Origin: Vicugna vicugna
Lineage: Eukaryota
Assembly (NCBI GenBank): GCA_013265495.1
Contig: MU058452.1
Span: forward strand, 372,001 to 426,306
Direction of reading: 5' to 3'
DNA length: 54,306 nt
Position 1 is the stretch's first letter. Each line of letters begins with the position of its first letter. Of this stretch, positions 1 through 12,589 are shown piece after piece. The notes under the pieces are model-generated. The model was not told the DNA's origin, did not search any database, and saw nothing but the letters and a program-made list of their open reading frames with translations. The position numbers and the translations under genes are program-made.

Positions 1-559
1 ATCTCTGAACTATGTCTTTCTGCAATTATTAATTTTCTATTATGTGTCATCTATTTTAAAGGTATCTTTACAATGAGGAATTTATGCTGTAATTGTAGAA
101 TATTACGATTTAAAATGTGAATGACTTTAATAGTTTATCTCCTATAGTCATCTCTGTGTTCACACAGGACTTCAGATCATGCACATGAAAATTTGAATCT
201 ACTTTGGTGATCTTAACAACAGGACAATATTGACTAGTAACTTAATTGTTGATTCTTTTTTTTTTCCCAGTAAAATTAATCAGGTTGTTCTTGCAGCAGA
301 GATAAGGAGGGTTCTTACTCATTTTCAGTGATGAAAACTTGCTGCTTCTTGTAGATGTCAATGACACTTGACTACAACTTGGGTGGGCGATGCTGTGAAG
401 TTCATTTTCTCCCAGAAGTGAGAAAGCCTTGCCTACCCAAGGGCTTGGACTCTTAAGCCACGAAAAATTCAAGTCTCTAGTTTCTGCAGAAAGGATAATT
501 CAATGGTTTTCACTTCCTCTGGATGACGTGTTTTCATTTCTTTATCTTTCTTTAGTTCT

Positions 560-740
560 TATTCACAAATGTGTGTTCTCAACTTATGTTTATTGCATTT
601 TTCTCTATGCCAGGCATTTTGCTCAGGGGGAAGCTGCACAGATGAAGATGACACAGATCATGCACTCCAGAGACCATAGAATATTGAAACGACAGATAAA
701 CAGGCATCCATACTAAAATGTAAGTGTCATGATAGAAGTA
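560..740 (-). mobile_element. Degraded L2 LINE 3' fragment
   Basis: TTTATTG...CTATGCCAGGCA...ACAGATGAAGATGACACAGATC pattern typical of an antisense L2 3' end; boundaries approximate. Confidence 0.5.
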
Positions 741-1229
741 ATTTCCAACACTCTCATCTTTTATCTTTTATGTCTTTCAGGATTTCGGGTACCAATATCA
801 ATATAACCTCTTCACCTAGTTAGACTTTTTTTTTTTTTTTTAGTTTTTGTAGCTCAGTTTTTTCCACCTCCATCTATTTTACAACAACAATCTCTCATTC
901 TTGCTGAGCATCACTAAGTTTAAAACCTTTAATTATCCCTCATATGCAGTACCTACTTCTTTGATGTAGCGATAATAGCTGTAATGAGGCGTGAGAGCAA
1001 ATCTAAACAAACGATATGTGTCCCTTCCAGAGTCTGGATTAATTGATATATTTAAAGCATAAATTACCTGTGAAGGGAGGCGCATAGGTGGAGTACAGTG
1101 GCTGGCTCTGATCTAAGACTGTTCTAAGGAAAATTGAAATGACTCAGTTCCTCAGTGTCCCACCCTGGATACACCCTGGCTCAGATTAGTAAACAGCCTA
1201 CTCTTCCTTGCTTCTGCTAGGTACCTTTT

Positions 1230-1450
1230 CATCTTAAAAAGCCAAGCAATAGGAAATACGGGCAGAGAACTCAAACAGGCGGATCAAAGAAGTTACTGAA
1301 ATGTCTAATAACTATCTGAAAAGCTGTTATATAGGATGAGTAATCTGAAAAATGCCAATTAAAGTTACAATGAAAGAAAAAGCATGCAGAAAGGCTAACA
1401 AGGTTGACAGTTTTACAATAACCATAGTGATTGGAAAAGGAGTAATCAGA
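1230..1450 (+). mobile_element. Ancient L1M (ORF2 3' region) fragment
   Basis: AAATGCCAATTAAAGTTACAATGA resembles the L1 ORF2 motif AAATGCAAATCAAAACTACAATGA also seen at ~44007 in this window. Confidence 0.5.
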
Positions 1451-2989
1451 GAATGGTATAATCATTGAATGGAAGGTGGTTGGAGGCAGATGATGCTCTG
1501 GCTCTTTCAACTTCTTGGCACAAGTGACTGAGTCAAGCTTATACATGGTGTTTGCAAAACCAAGATCAACATGAACTGTGAGGGCTCTGATTCCAATGAT
1601 CTAATATTTCATCAGTTATCCTGTTTCCTTTCCTGCTGATTTTTGGAAACCTCTGAATGGAATACAGAAAGATAGAAGAGTAAACATACTCTAATAGCCT
1701 CAAAAAATGTATCATTTGAACAGACGAGGGATAGTTACACAGCTTTCTTCATGGAACCAAAACTGGGTTTCTGAGATATGAGGCAGATGGCACGGCATCA
1801 GAAAGAAGGTTTTGACTTCTTTCAGGACCATGATCATGACACAAAGCATGCAGCAGTCACTTGCTATTTTTCCCAGTTTAATTCAATTGGATTTATAGCC
1901 AATAAAAATTCTTCTCAAAATATTGTAACAAATTTCCATTTGTTTGTTTTAGTGTTGGTCAAAAGGTGAGAAAGTTTTCACCTTTTGACATGTGTTGGTC
2001 TCTGTTTGAAGACATCCATTTTTCTCCTATTATAATAATCATAATACATTATTGTAATTATTTTTCTTTTTCACTAGACTTTGGGTTCCATGTGGGTAGG
2101 AGCTACATTCATAATTTCTTGGCACAGCATAGATACTTAATTTTTGAAGGAATGGATGGATCAATTACATGTTCAATTTTATTATGAAGTTTTAAGAGAA
2201 TGAATCCACAAATACTTCATATTCTAAAAATTATGCTGTTAATATTCTTAGCAGTCAAAGGAAACAGTCACTTGTAGCTGCGATATTACTTAAACATTTA
2301 GAGCTGAGTAGTGGGAAGTATTGCATTGAGTAGGCTGGGGCTAAAAGCATTCTGGGTTAAGCTGAAATGGGAAAAGGTACACTACGTTAGACGTAAGATA
2401 AATTAGCTATCTTGGATGAACAAGTAGAAAGGTTCAGAATGCATATAATAAAAGCTTATAGAGTGCCTGGAATTTGGGGCTATAGAATTTGGGTTTATTA
2501 TGCATGATAGAGTAGTCAAACTTGTCTTAATAACAACATTATACTTTAAATAACACTACAGGAAGAATGAATTTCACAGCCATGGGCATGATGAATTGTG
2601 GTTAGGCAGGCAGATGGGCTGAAAGGCTACCAAGAAAGTGAAGAATTGTCCAAACATCACAGAGGTTCTTAGTGATGGGTTAAGTGTGGAGGAGAAGGAA
2701 AGAGCAGGAGTTTAAAATGGTTCTTGGCAATTAGATCACTGAGACGCGGGGAATGCGCTCTGCTCGAGGGGTCTCTTTTATCTTTCCTGCTGCTATGTGT
2801 GTTCTCTAACTGTGGGGCTTTCTCTTTGTGTCTCTATTATCCCATCCCTGCACCCCTGTGCTTCGCTCTCCCTGTTCCTTCATCTTGTATTTTTCTTTTC
2901 TCACCAGTTCGCTCATACTTTCTTCATCTTTTTCCCTTATGCTTCTTTATTTAATCGTATATATTTCTCCTTCACCTTTGATTGAAATC

Positions 2990-3260
2990 CATCCTTCTTT
3001 CCTGCATTTATTCAACAATTCAAGAAAAATGAATTACCTGTACACTGTAATAGGCCAACGTTCTAGCTAATTAGAATGCAAAGATGAGTAAGACGTAATA
3101 CCTTGCCTCGAGACATTTTACCATCAAACAGTGGTAAACATTCATTCATTCATCTATTTATTCAATCATTATTTATTTACTGAGGGTATGTGGTTGAATA
3201 ATACATGATCTCTGTTAGCAAGAAATCCCAAGTTTGATCTAAGAGTATTTAAAATATGTG
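2990..3260 (-). mobile_element. L2 3'-end fragments
   Basis: CATTCATTCATT...TATTTACTGAG and CATTTATTCAACAA motifs typical of the L2 tail. Confidence 0.5.
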
Positions 3261-3450
3261 TAGTCTGTAGCATGCTACGATGCGGAAGGATACAGTGCAC
3301 GCGGCTGCTTTGATTCCCAAGGGATGAGGTTAGAGGTTGGGGGAGGGAAATAATATTACTTTCCTCCTTTACACAAATTTGGTTTCAATTAAAATGTATT
3401 ATTTGATAATTTAATACACCTTATAGAGAAAAAGTACCAAATACAATGTT

Positions 3451-3530
3451 ACATTTCTGGATAAATTGGAGTCCACATTTCTGGATAAGTTGGAGTCCAT
3501 ATTTCTGGATAAGTTGGAGTCCACATTTCT
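3451..3530. repeat. 24-bp minisatellite, 3.3 copies
   Basis: ACATTTCTGGATAARTTGGAGTCC units at 3451, 3475 and 3499, partial at 3523; no spacers between units. Confidence 0.95.
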
Positions 3531-5412
3531 CAAGATCATTTTATCTTCATAAGAACCATCCTCAATTAGCAGTAATTTTATTTCTCTGTACTTCAATTTA
3601 CCCTTTCACTCTTTGATTCAGGGTCTATTAAAAGAAAAACAAGAACAATTTTCTCGGGAAATTTTAGTGTTACCATACTGCTGCTCTCACTTAAAAAATT
3701 GTATTGTCTACATAAAATTGTCATGCATTTATTTTTTTTCCCCTCATGGCTTTAAAATTTTCTCCAAAAATTAATTGCTTTGGTGATAAAGTAAGTTTTT
3801 TATTTATTATATCTTTGAAACTCTTTGAAATGTCCTTTTCCACAGACATTTTAGTCAAGAGTTAATTGACTTTTGCATTTCTCTAAATTTTGGGCAGCAG
3901 GAACAATAAGCTTCATTCAAGAATTCTGCACATCCTCTTCCCTCCCCATTACTTTTCACCTTTAAGAGAGAGAGGAGTATATCTTGACATACTTAAGCTC
4001 TTGACAAGACCCCTGTGTCAGCCGGATGTGCTAGCCCTTCCATCCCATCTTTCCTTTCCTCTTTTAAGCAGTTGTCCCTGAATTTCAAAATTGAGATAAA
4101 ACCCATCACAATAAAGGCACACGTTTTCAGGTTTCAGTGGAGCTTCATGGCACAGAATGGATCCTCATAAACATGTTTGTGCAAGAAAAATTATGGTGCC
4201 CCGACTGACAAAGCATTGCCCTCCCTGTCTGATCTGTAAGTGTCTCTGGCTCTGTCACCACCCCCAGTAACAGACACTGAGTCAAGCATATGGTTTGTTG
4301 CTGTAAGTGACACTGCTGTGGTTTACTTTACTCCTCGGGAGGACCTTCCCATGCCAAGTCAATTTGCAATGCCTTGGATCTTTCAACAGTCCTTTGGTCC
4401 CACTCCAGAGTGCTTCTTGGATGTCAGATGACGATGACCTCTTCATGGAAACTTCAATGTCTCAGAAACCCCACCTAAAAATCCAAGAAGGTTTTTCAGG
4501 TTTTGAACTTTAATCTTGGGGCTCTACACACTGTCCTGTGAGTCCATGGAGGGATTACCTGGTAACTTGCTAATACGCCATCCAATTTGTCTGGAAGCTT
4601 TGGCTCACAGCCCCGCAGAAGGAGAGACACAAAGACTTGGAGGATGAGAGGCAGATGAGAGCTGGCAGTGCTGCTGCATCCAATTAAGATTCGTAAGTGA
4701 GGAAGCAGGAAAGAGGTGAACACAAGAGAGGTATGATGCCAAGAACGAAAACCAACAAACAAACAAGGGACAAAACAACAATATGGCACTTTATTTGTTG
4801 TCATTAGAGAATCTCAGATGTGAAGTGAATGTGGAAGAGTTTGGTACAAATGTGGGTGGAGGGAGGCAAAATGTGGAGACCTTGATAACCACGTGGAGCT
4901 AGAAATAAAGGAAATAGCAATTTATTACAGAAAATCCATCAATTATAAATGACATATTTTTCCCTTCATTTTTTTTAACATTTAAATTCTCTTTAAGGTA
5001 AAAATATTCTAATGGTAACGTTACCTACTGTTATTTTTAGCACACTTTGGTTTATTCTATCTATGAAAAAATGAAGTTGATTGGTCAGAAGTTTTCATAG
5101 TCATTCAGATGCTAACATTAATATTTCTCTGCTTGGGGTGACCAAAAAGGAGTAGGAGGTAAGAAAAAAATTTTCATCTCTCAAGCAACTTACTCTCTAA
5201 TTGGAGAAAAGGCACATTTAAAAGTAAAAGGTGAAAAAGAGAAAAATAAGACATATTCACTACCGCCATTGTTTGTGGGTTAAATACACTCATGTGCGTG
5301 CGCACACACACATCCCCCCTCTCCTTTCTAGGTCATCCTTATCGTCAGCATTGTCACTGTGAACACCAACGTATGGCAAATAACATTAGAACTTCCCCCA
5401 TTTTCTTCTCCT

Positions 5413-5716
5413 TTTTAAAATTATTTTAACTTATTTATTAGAGCAAAATTTTAGGTTTACAGAAAAACTGAGCAAAGAGAAAGAGTTCCCATATGCTCTT
5501 CCACGACTCCCAAATGTCCCCTGTCACTACATCTTGCATGAGTGTGGCACATGTATTGCAACTGATGAACTAATATTGATGCCTTGTTACTAAATAAAGC
5601 CCGCAGTTCACATTAAGGCTCTCTCTGTGTTGCAAAAGTTCTGCGGGTTTTAACAAATGCATAATACCATGTACCCCCTATTACCATATTGTACAGAACG
5701 GTTTTGCAACTCTAAA
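5413..5716 (-). mobile_element. L1MC-type LINE-1 3' UTR
   Basis: AGAGCAAAATTTTAGGTTTACAGAAAAACTGAGC...GAGTTCCCATAT...GATGAACTAATATTGA matches the recalled L1MC1-3 3' end, antisense. Confidence 0.8.
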
Positions 5717-5724
5717 TAGCTCTT

Positions 5725-6250
5725 TAAAAGCACTGCAAAACATGTTCCTGTGTGCAGTGTAAGTGTATTTCTTACAGTAGGTGGTCAACAAGACACGGGA
5801 TGGCTGGGGCCCTGGATCTGCACTTTAGGGAAAAAATTTAATAAGGACTGCAGGTTGTCTCCAAAGTAGACACATGAACATACAACCCACGAAGCTGCTT
5901 GAGAATTTCTGTTTCCCCTTTGCCGTTTCCAGTATATCACCAAATTATTGCATTATTGCCACAGAGCGATCTTTTTTCAGTTGGCGTTACTCACCATTAC
6001 TGGTAATACTAAGCATTTTTTATATATATATAATCGACCACTTTTTTTTCTTTCTATGGTAATTACATTTTCATATAATTTGTAGGTGAATTGGGGGTGG
6101 GTATTTTGCAATGTTCTTATTGATCTTTAGGGTTTTGATCTATTCCAGATATTTATCCTTGACTACTGGGTAAGCTGAAATACTGCACTTCGGTTTGCTA
6201 CTTGCCTCTTAATTTCACTTATGATGCCTTTTACTGTACATAAGTTTGGA
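5725..6250 (-). mobile_element. Ancient L1M ORF2-region fragment
   Basis: Degenerate antisense L1 sequence (GAGAATTTCTGTTTCCCC, TTCTTATTGAT, TATTCCAGATATTTATCCTT). Confidence 0.6.
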
Positions 6251-8327
6251 GTGAAAAAACAATAAAGATGAAAAAATTAAAAAAAAGTGAAGCCCAGAAC
6301 ATAATTTTCAGTAAAATATTTGGGAGTGAGGGATGGGAGCTAGGGAAATAAAAACACTTGCTCTGGTTCTAGTTTGTCAGGCGACCCATCCCTGGTCTGG
6401 TGACTTCAGTTTTCTCTCGCTTTCTTGAAGTGTATAAACCCTTTCCCCCTTTTCCTTCTTTGACTTTCTGCAAGAGAAATGTATCTTGTTTTTCTGCCAC
6501 CCAACCATGGCATTCCATGAGAAGTCCCTGCTATTTGGATTTCCTCATTCAGAAGCCTTGTCTTCTGTGTTGGATGCTCCATAAAGAGCTGTGTACACTC
6601 TCAGCTCTCTATAAATAATTGAAAGAGTAATAATTTGCATATACAGTGGCCTGTAATTGGCTGTGATATACTCACTAGTAATTCTGCATGAGGGATGCTT
6701 CGGTAAAATAAATTGTGCTCGTCTGTGTTTACTTTGGACAGGTAAAGTACTATACGGCAGGCTGAATTTTTATATCAAGTTTTAATTAGGTCATCCTGCT
6801 TGAGTTACCAAAATAACCTGCTCTCCCCAATAACGAGAACTGGATTTATTTGGAAATGAATATCAATGACTCATCTCTATATTTCAGAATAGGGAAGGAC
6901 ACGTCTCGGTAATATATTCAAGTTAAATATTCTGCATCCTAATCTAGTCAGCCTTACTGATTGATTCTCTGCCAAGAAGAGCTTCTGCCAAGCCAGAGGA
7001 TGGAGGTATTGAGGTCAGGGCTCGGCTCTGCTGCACACTGGAACCCGCTCTGCTGGGGGCTCTCCTTTTCTGTAAACCTCCCTCCAGCGAGGAGCGGGTC
7101 AGATCGGAGGGGCACATACCCCACCAACAACATTTCACTTTGGCAGAGTACACTCCTGCTAGGAGAGAGTCCTCTATTTCAAAATGTGGGGCTGGGCACT
7201 TCTGTTCTGCTTTTTTCTCAGAGAAATAGCCCTTTATAAAGCAGAATGGATTCTTTGAAGCCAGTTATTTTCAGTTTGGTGAAAGTTAAGGCACGGCGGG
7301 TGACAGGGAGAAGTCGCTTTAAGTTATACTAATACTTTTAAATACTATGAGTATGATTTTTTAACCTCACACACTTCTTAAAAATTCTTATCCCAGCCAA
7401 CCAAAGCAAACACTTCCAAAGAAGAAATGCTCACAATAGTGTTCAAAAGGTGGAGGTACAATCTGCACGTGATTTGAGGTCTAGCCTGGTCACTCCACGT
7501 GCACAGACTGACATTTATGTCTCTGAATGGTGTGCAAGTCACAGCCTAGACACGAAGGACTAAGGGAGTGTGTTCTCAGGGGGTTGTAATCCAGATAGAT
7601 TCTCCGAGGTAAGAAATATTCTTTCATAGATACCAGACAGAAAGTTGGTATCCAAACTAACATGGCACTGGCACCTAGCAGCTCAGACTTTAGTCAATGA
7701 GTTTGCTGTGAGAATGTGTGTCCTCATGGAAACAACAGTTTGTATCCACAGTTGCTAAGCTTTGTTGGAGCCTTGAAACACAACCATCAGGCAAGGAAAG
7801 TTCTATATTGTCAGGCAGATGTGTTTTTTTGTGGATATTTGCACTGGGAGTTCTTGCAAACACTGGTCAGATGATATGAGGAGTGTAGGAAGAGAAAGAT
7901 GGGGTAGGGAGCAAGAGAATTGTAAGTAAGCAAAGATGTGAGAAGAAACAACAGTGAGTCAGACCGGAGACCACTTTCCACGGATTCCACATGGAGGTCT
8001 CAGTTTCTTAAGATTCTCTGCTAATGAGGTGATTAGTTTGCTGAGGGAAGCCAAAAAGTCCTATTTAACTCTCAAAAAAATTTTTTTTAATTCCTCCCCC
8101 TGCTCCAAATATGATTAAGTTCTTCCCGGTGAAAGTTTGAGGAAAAAAAAAAGAAAAAAGAAGATATCCTTCTCTGGCCTCCTACCACATATTCCCAATT
8201 TGGGGCAGATTCAGCCTAAGGAAAAATGGTAAACTAAAGTTCATCTCCCCATTTGGTTCCAATTCCACACTCTTCTTTCAAAATCCCCTTAATTCTTTTC
8301 CTCGGGATAAGGTTCTCATGAAGTTCT

Positions 8328-8456
8328 TTTGAATTTTGTTTTTAATTGAAGTACAGTCAGTTACCATGTGTCAATTGCTGGTGCACAGCACAGCGTCCCA
8401 GTCATACATGTACATACATACATTTGTTTTCATATCTTTGTTCATTATAGGCTACT
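8328..8456 (-). mobile_element. 5'-truncated lineage-specific (camelid-like) L1 3' end with 9-bp TSD
   Basis: T-rich tail then TTAATTGAAGTACAGTCAGTTAC...GTCATACATGTACATACATA; TGAAGTTCT duplicated at 8319-8327 and 8457-8465. Confidence 0.85.
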
Positions 8457-9229
8457 TGAAGTTCTAAACATTGTGTTTTCCTTTCTTTCTCAAACGAGGG
8501 CAGGCATTTGCTTCTAACTGTCCTCCAACAAACTACCTTAGAGAACTTAAAATCATATACACGTTAGAGGAATAGCATTTGCTTAAACCATGAAGTATGA
8601 ATGATTGGGATCCAATAGCCCGGCACTCCAATTGTTCCAATGCTTGTTAATCTAATGATCCTGTAGGTAATGGAAATTCTAAGTAGATTTAAGAAATGAG
8701 TTATGTAGGAGAATGTTTTGAAAGGGGAAGAAAAGCATCACTACTTGGTTGGCTTTTACTAACAATGGGCTCTTGGTACTCACGCCTTTGAGAAATGTTA
8801 CTCTACATAGTTGCTTTCACCTTCGTGTTTCTAAGTTCACAGTTTTCGTTGGGATAGAAGTTCCTTTTTGCTGTTGTTGTTTTTGTCATCTTTTTTTTCC
8901 CTTCTTTCCTTATTCCTCAGCATCCCTAACCCACCTGGTACCCTCGGTGAGTGTTTCCCCATCACAGACCTTGAAAGCCCGTGCTGGGCTCTGCACACTA
9001 GCACGACGTGTCTAGTGTTCAGAGCCCCTCCTGTTCTGAGACACCCGGTCTCACATGCATTATTCCTGTGGTTTGTGGTGCTCCCCAGCTCCTTTCTCTG
9101 TCTCCTGCCCTTTGTGGCCTCACCCAAGCCCGCTGGTTTGGTGAAATGTTAGCCTCACTGGTTTTCCATCCTTTGCTCCACAAACATGTTTCCTTCTTCT
9201 CTTGACTCCGCTCAGCTGTGAGAGCTCTC

Positions 9230-9648
9230 AGGGCGTCTTGACTTAAGGGCTGTATAGCAAAGCCAGGTGGCCACCCCAGTGAAGACCCCCCAGAGGATGT
9301 CGTCTGTCATAGAACGCACAGCTCACACCAGAGGCTAGGGTGGACATGCCAGGACTTGGGCCATCACGACTCCCTAAAGGAGACATCACCATTACTGCTG
9401 TCAGCAGATGGAGATCTGCCCATTTTCTTTGCACTGCTCTCTTCCTACGTGACAGGTCCTGTGTGGCTGGGTGTCAGATTGGTAGAGCCTGGGTCATGTG
9501 ACTCCACTTTCCTTGCAAGGGAGGCTGTGAGAATGAACCAAGATTTCTTATGGTGTGGAGGCAAGACGTGTGCAGGAGAAATTCCTTGGATATAAGAAGA
9601 ATGTTCAAAAGTTACTGGGCAGCCAAAGAAAAATTAATGTCTTCCACC
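9230..9648. mobile_element. Old MaLR LTR (MLT1K/L-like)
   Basis: GATTGGTAGAGCCTGGGTCATGTG...TTGCAAGGGAGGCTGTGAGAATGA is characteristic of old MLT1 LTRs. Confidence 0.65.
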
Positions 9649-9679
9649 AACCTCAATACCCCCAAATAGAATAGTTAAA

Positions 9680-9812
9680 TAAGTTATATATATGTATATT
9701 GCATATATTTATATATATAACATATGTGTAAATAAATTATATACAGTTTATAAGTATAAATTATATAGAGATTATATTATATAAATTATAGATAGATGGA
9801 TAGATAGATATA
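9680..9812. repeat. AT-rich low-complexity (TA)n/(TAGA)n tract
   Basis: Degenerate TATA/TAGA repeats. Confidence 0.85.
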
Positions 9813-10509
9813 GACGTATTTCCATATGGTGGCTTAATATGGGGTCAACTAAAAATTGTATTTTAAAAACATTTAATAGCATGATGCATTAAAAAGAATG
9901 ACAACACATAGATATAAAACCACAAATGCAGAATGGTTCCTTTTTTTGGATATTAGAAAATATAACAAAAAATTAAACATGGGTTAAAAAGGTAAAGTGT
10001 TTATTTTCTTTCATTCTTTTTGTATTTTATATAATTAATACACATTACTTTATCCTGAAAAGTCCCTATTAAAATCCAAGTTAACTATAGGTATAAATAA
10101 GTTATCCTTACATTTACCTGGACATAGCATAACAAATCTGCCTTGTATGCTCAGCTTTGACCATCACCAGTAAATACTTGAAAGGGAGAATAGCATTGAT
10201 TGCAAATCTACCCACATGCCTGGCTGCCAAGCCCTTTCTATCCAAATATTTCTTGAAAAGAAATTTTACATTCAACCGCCTAAATGTTATTGTCTTCCTT
10301 CATTTTCAGCATTCAACAATCCAGTTGCTGCTCTCATTGTTCTCAACCAAACACCAACTGGCAAATCCGATGTCTTTTTCCCCCGGTCCCTCACCTACAC
10401 AGTCTCTCGTCGTACATTTTTCATATCCTTCTTTGCTAAGTTCTGCTTCCACATTTCTGTGATACCACACTCTCCAGGTCTTCCTTTTACCCATTCATTC
10501 CCCATCAGA

Positions 10510-10960
10510 ACAGTTTTATTTGTAAACGCACATTTATTTGAGGTTCTCCTATGGTCCAGATACATTTGTGAGCAAGTTCTTGCCCTAAAGGAACTTACAT
10601 GTTAGGGGAGGTGGAGAGGCATGAGGAAACAAGTAGATAAACCTATAAACAAAGCAATTTCATTTTAGACTTCTGAACCTTTCTGTGCTGCATACGTAGG
10701 CGTCTCATGTAATCTCGGTGTTTTCCAAGTTTCTCTCTTTATGTCCTTCCTCATTCGTCACACTTTTCTATCTTTTCTCATGGTTTCAACTCATCTGTTT
10801 AGTCTTGATCTCACCCCAGTGTTCATGTATACAACTGTCCATCCACAGATAGCTCCACCTGGATGTCTGGCATACATCAAAACCAAGAAACGTCAAGATA
10901 AATTCGTCATCTTCTACTTTAAACTTGCTTCTTCAAGGGTATCTCCCAGCTGGGCGGCTA
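10510..10960. mobile_element. L2 fragments (both orientations)
   Basis: CATTTATTTGAGG...CCCTAAAGGAACTTACATGTTAG (antisense tail) and CTCCACCTGGATGTCTGGCATACATCAAAACCAA (sense body). Confidence 0.55.
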
Positions 10961-11059
10961 CTCACGCCTGAGGACTTCGGGATAATCATGGGGGAGGCTA
11001 GTGATGATCATTGCCAGTGCCTCCAGTCTCCCCGGGTACCAAATTAAAGGTCTCTCAGT

Positions 11060-11077
11060 AAAGGTCATTAAAGGTCA
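11060..11077 (+). promoter_or_regulatory. Perfect nuclear-receptor DR4 element / tandem NBRE
   Basis: AGGTCA-TTAA-AGGTCA at 11062-11077; each half is AAAGGTCA; motif match only. Confidence 0.4.
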
Positions 11078-12589
11078 TTTTGGCTTTCAGCTCTGGTCTT
11101 CCAGAATAATCCATAGCAGAAATACAATGACTTCTTTATTCTGAAAAATATATAAATACATGTAACATGAGCTATAATGCATACACACCTGGAGGTCAAG
11201 CCAAAATCAAATGTTCCAATTGAACTCTATTCATTTTTGGACACAAGTGTTCAAAATGAGATATTAACACCAGCAGTGTTGATTTCAGATCTCCCCCCAC
11301 CACACACACATCTATAAATCAAGTTTCCAGTTAATATCAGGTTCTGAACACCATGGCATCTCACCCAGGACCAGGTATGTATGAGGCCCTCAATAAAGGG
11401 GTGTAGATTAATTCTTGTGTTTACTGAGAGACCCTTTCTCTCAAGGCTGCCAGTCACTCACTCCAGAAGGAAAACAAAACTAGCAAATTGTTTTCTACTT
11501 CAACACAAGATTTTGCATTTTTCCCCTCATTGGGAAGTAGAGGATAGATGTGTGCCTTTGATTAAACATTATGTGATGTATTTTCTGCACTTACCTCTTG
11601 GTTTTGTTACTGTCAGAGATGATTTAAGATCTCTTCCTTTTTTGGTTTGTTTCTTTGTTGTTGTTTTTTTTTTTAATGGATATTTGGCAATCAAGTGAAT
11701 GCAGTGTATTCTCCATGGTGTATTTTTTTCTCTCACTTTCTTAAAAAAAAAAAATCTAATCCATTGCAACAGCCTAATGTGGGCGAGGCTGACATTAACA
11801 CCCCAATCCAGCTGGGTGCACATTTCCATCCCACTCACTGGCAGCCTGGGATGCAAGTCGGCTAGCTGGATGTGCTGACGATTCCTCATCCAGCTAAGTC
11901 ACTGGCGCAGGGGGGATGTTATCCCTTTTCAAGAAAGCAAAGGCAGCTGCCACAGGCCACGGTCCCAGTGCTGGCAGAGGCACGCTGTGCTCAGTTGGAG
12001 AGACGTGCTCTATACTGTCCTCTGAAACCACTTCTTTATTGGCTGGAAAACGCTTGCAAGGTGAAGTCCATGCATATTTTATAGAACAGGTTTATTACTG
12101 CTATTACAATCCGATTCCAATCTATATCATCACCTTCCAAGAGCACTTACGCATTTTCCTCCAAACTTCCACAAGCCTTTTCATTCTGACCAAGGTGACC
12201 AACCCAAGTCTGCTCCCTCTTTCCACTGTCTGTGTGTTTTCATCCCGGTCTCTGTTTTCCCCTCTCCTCTCTCCCTCTTTCTCCTCCGCGTCCAGGAGGC
12301 AAGAGAGCTGGAAAGGAAGGTGTGAAACAGGTTTCGTGTCCTCTTGCTACTTCCAGAACAATGAAAACTCTCCAAACCACAATACCCGTAGTAACGAAGA
12401 AATGAGGCCAGAAAAACCAGAAAACCTCTAGCTTACAGTCAGGGTGTTTTAAAGCCCAGCACTGATCAGAGCTCATTAAGACAGTCACACACACAAATGA
12501 GGAGGAGAACTTTTTAAAGCATTTCTTTAAAAAAAAAAAAAAAAAAGGATGAGAAAGAAAAAGAAATTCACCGCGTTCAGACACAGATG

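Noticed and set aside
3451..3530. 24-bp repeats as a CRISPR array, or ORF 3411-3596 as a repeat protein
   Set aside because: The units are head-to-tail with no spacers, the DNA is mammalian, and the RNVDSNLS peptide is a by-product of the 24-bp period
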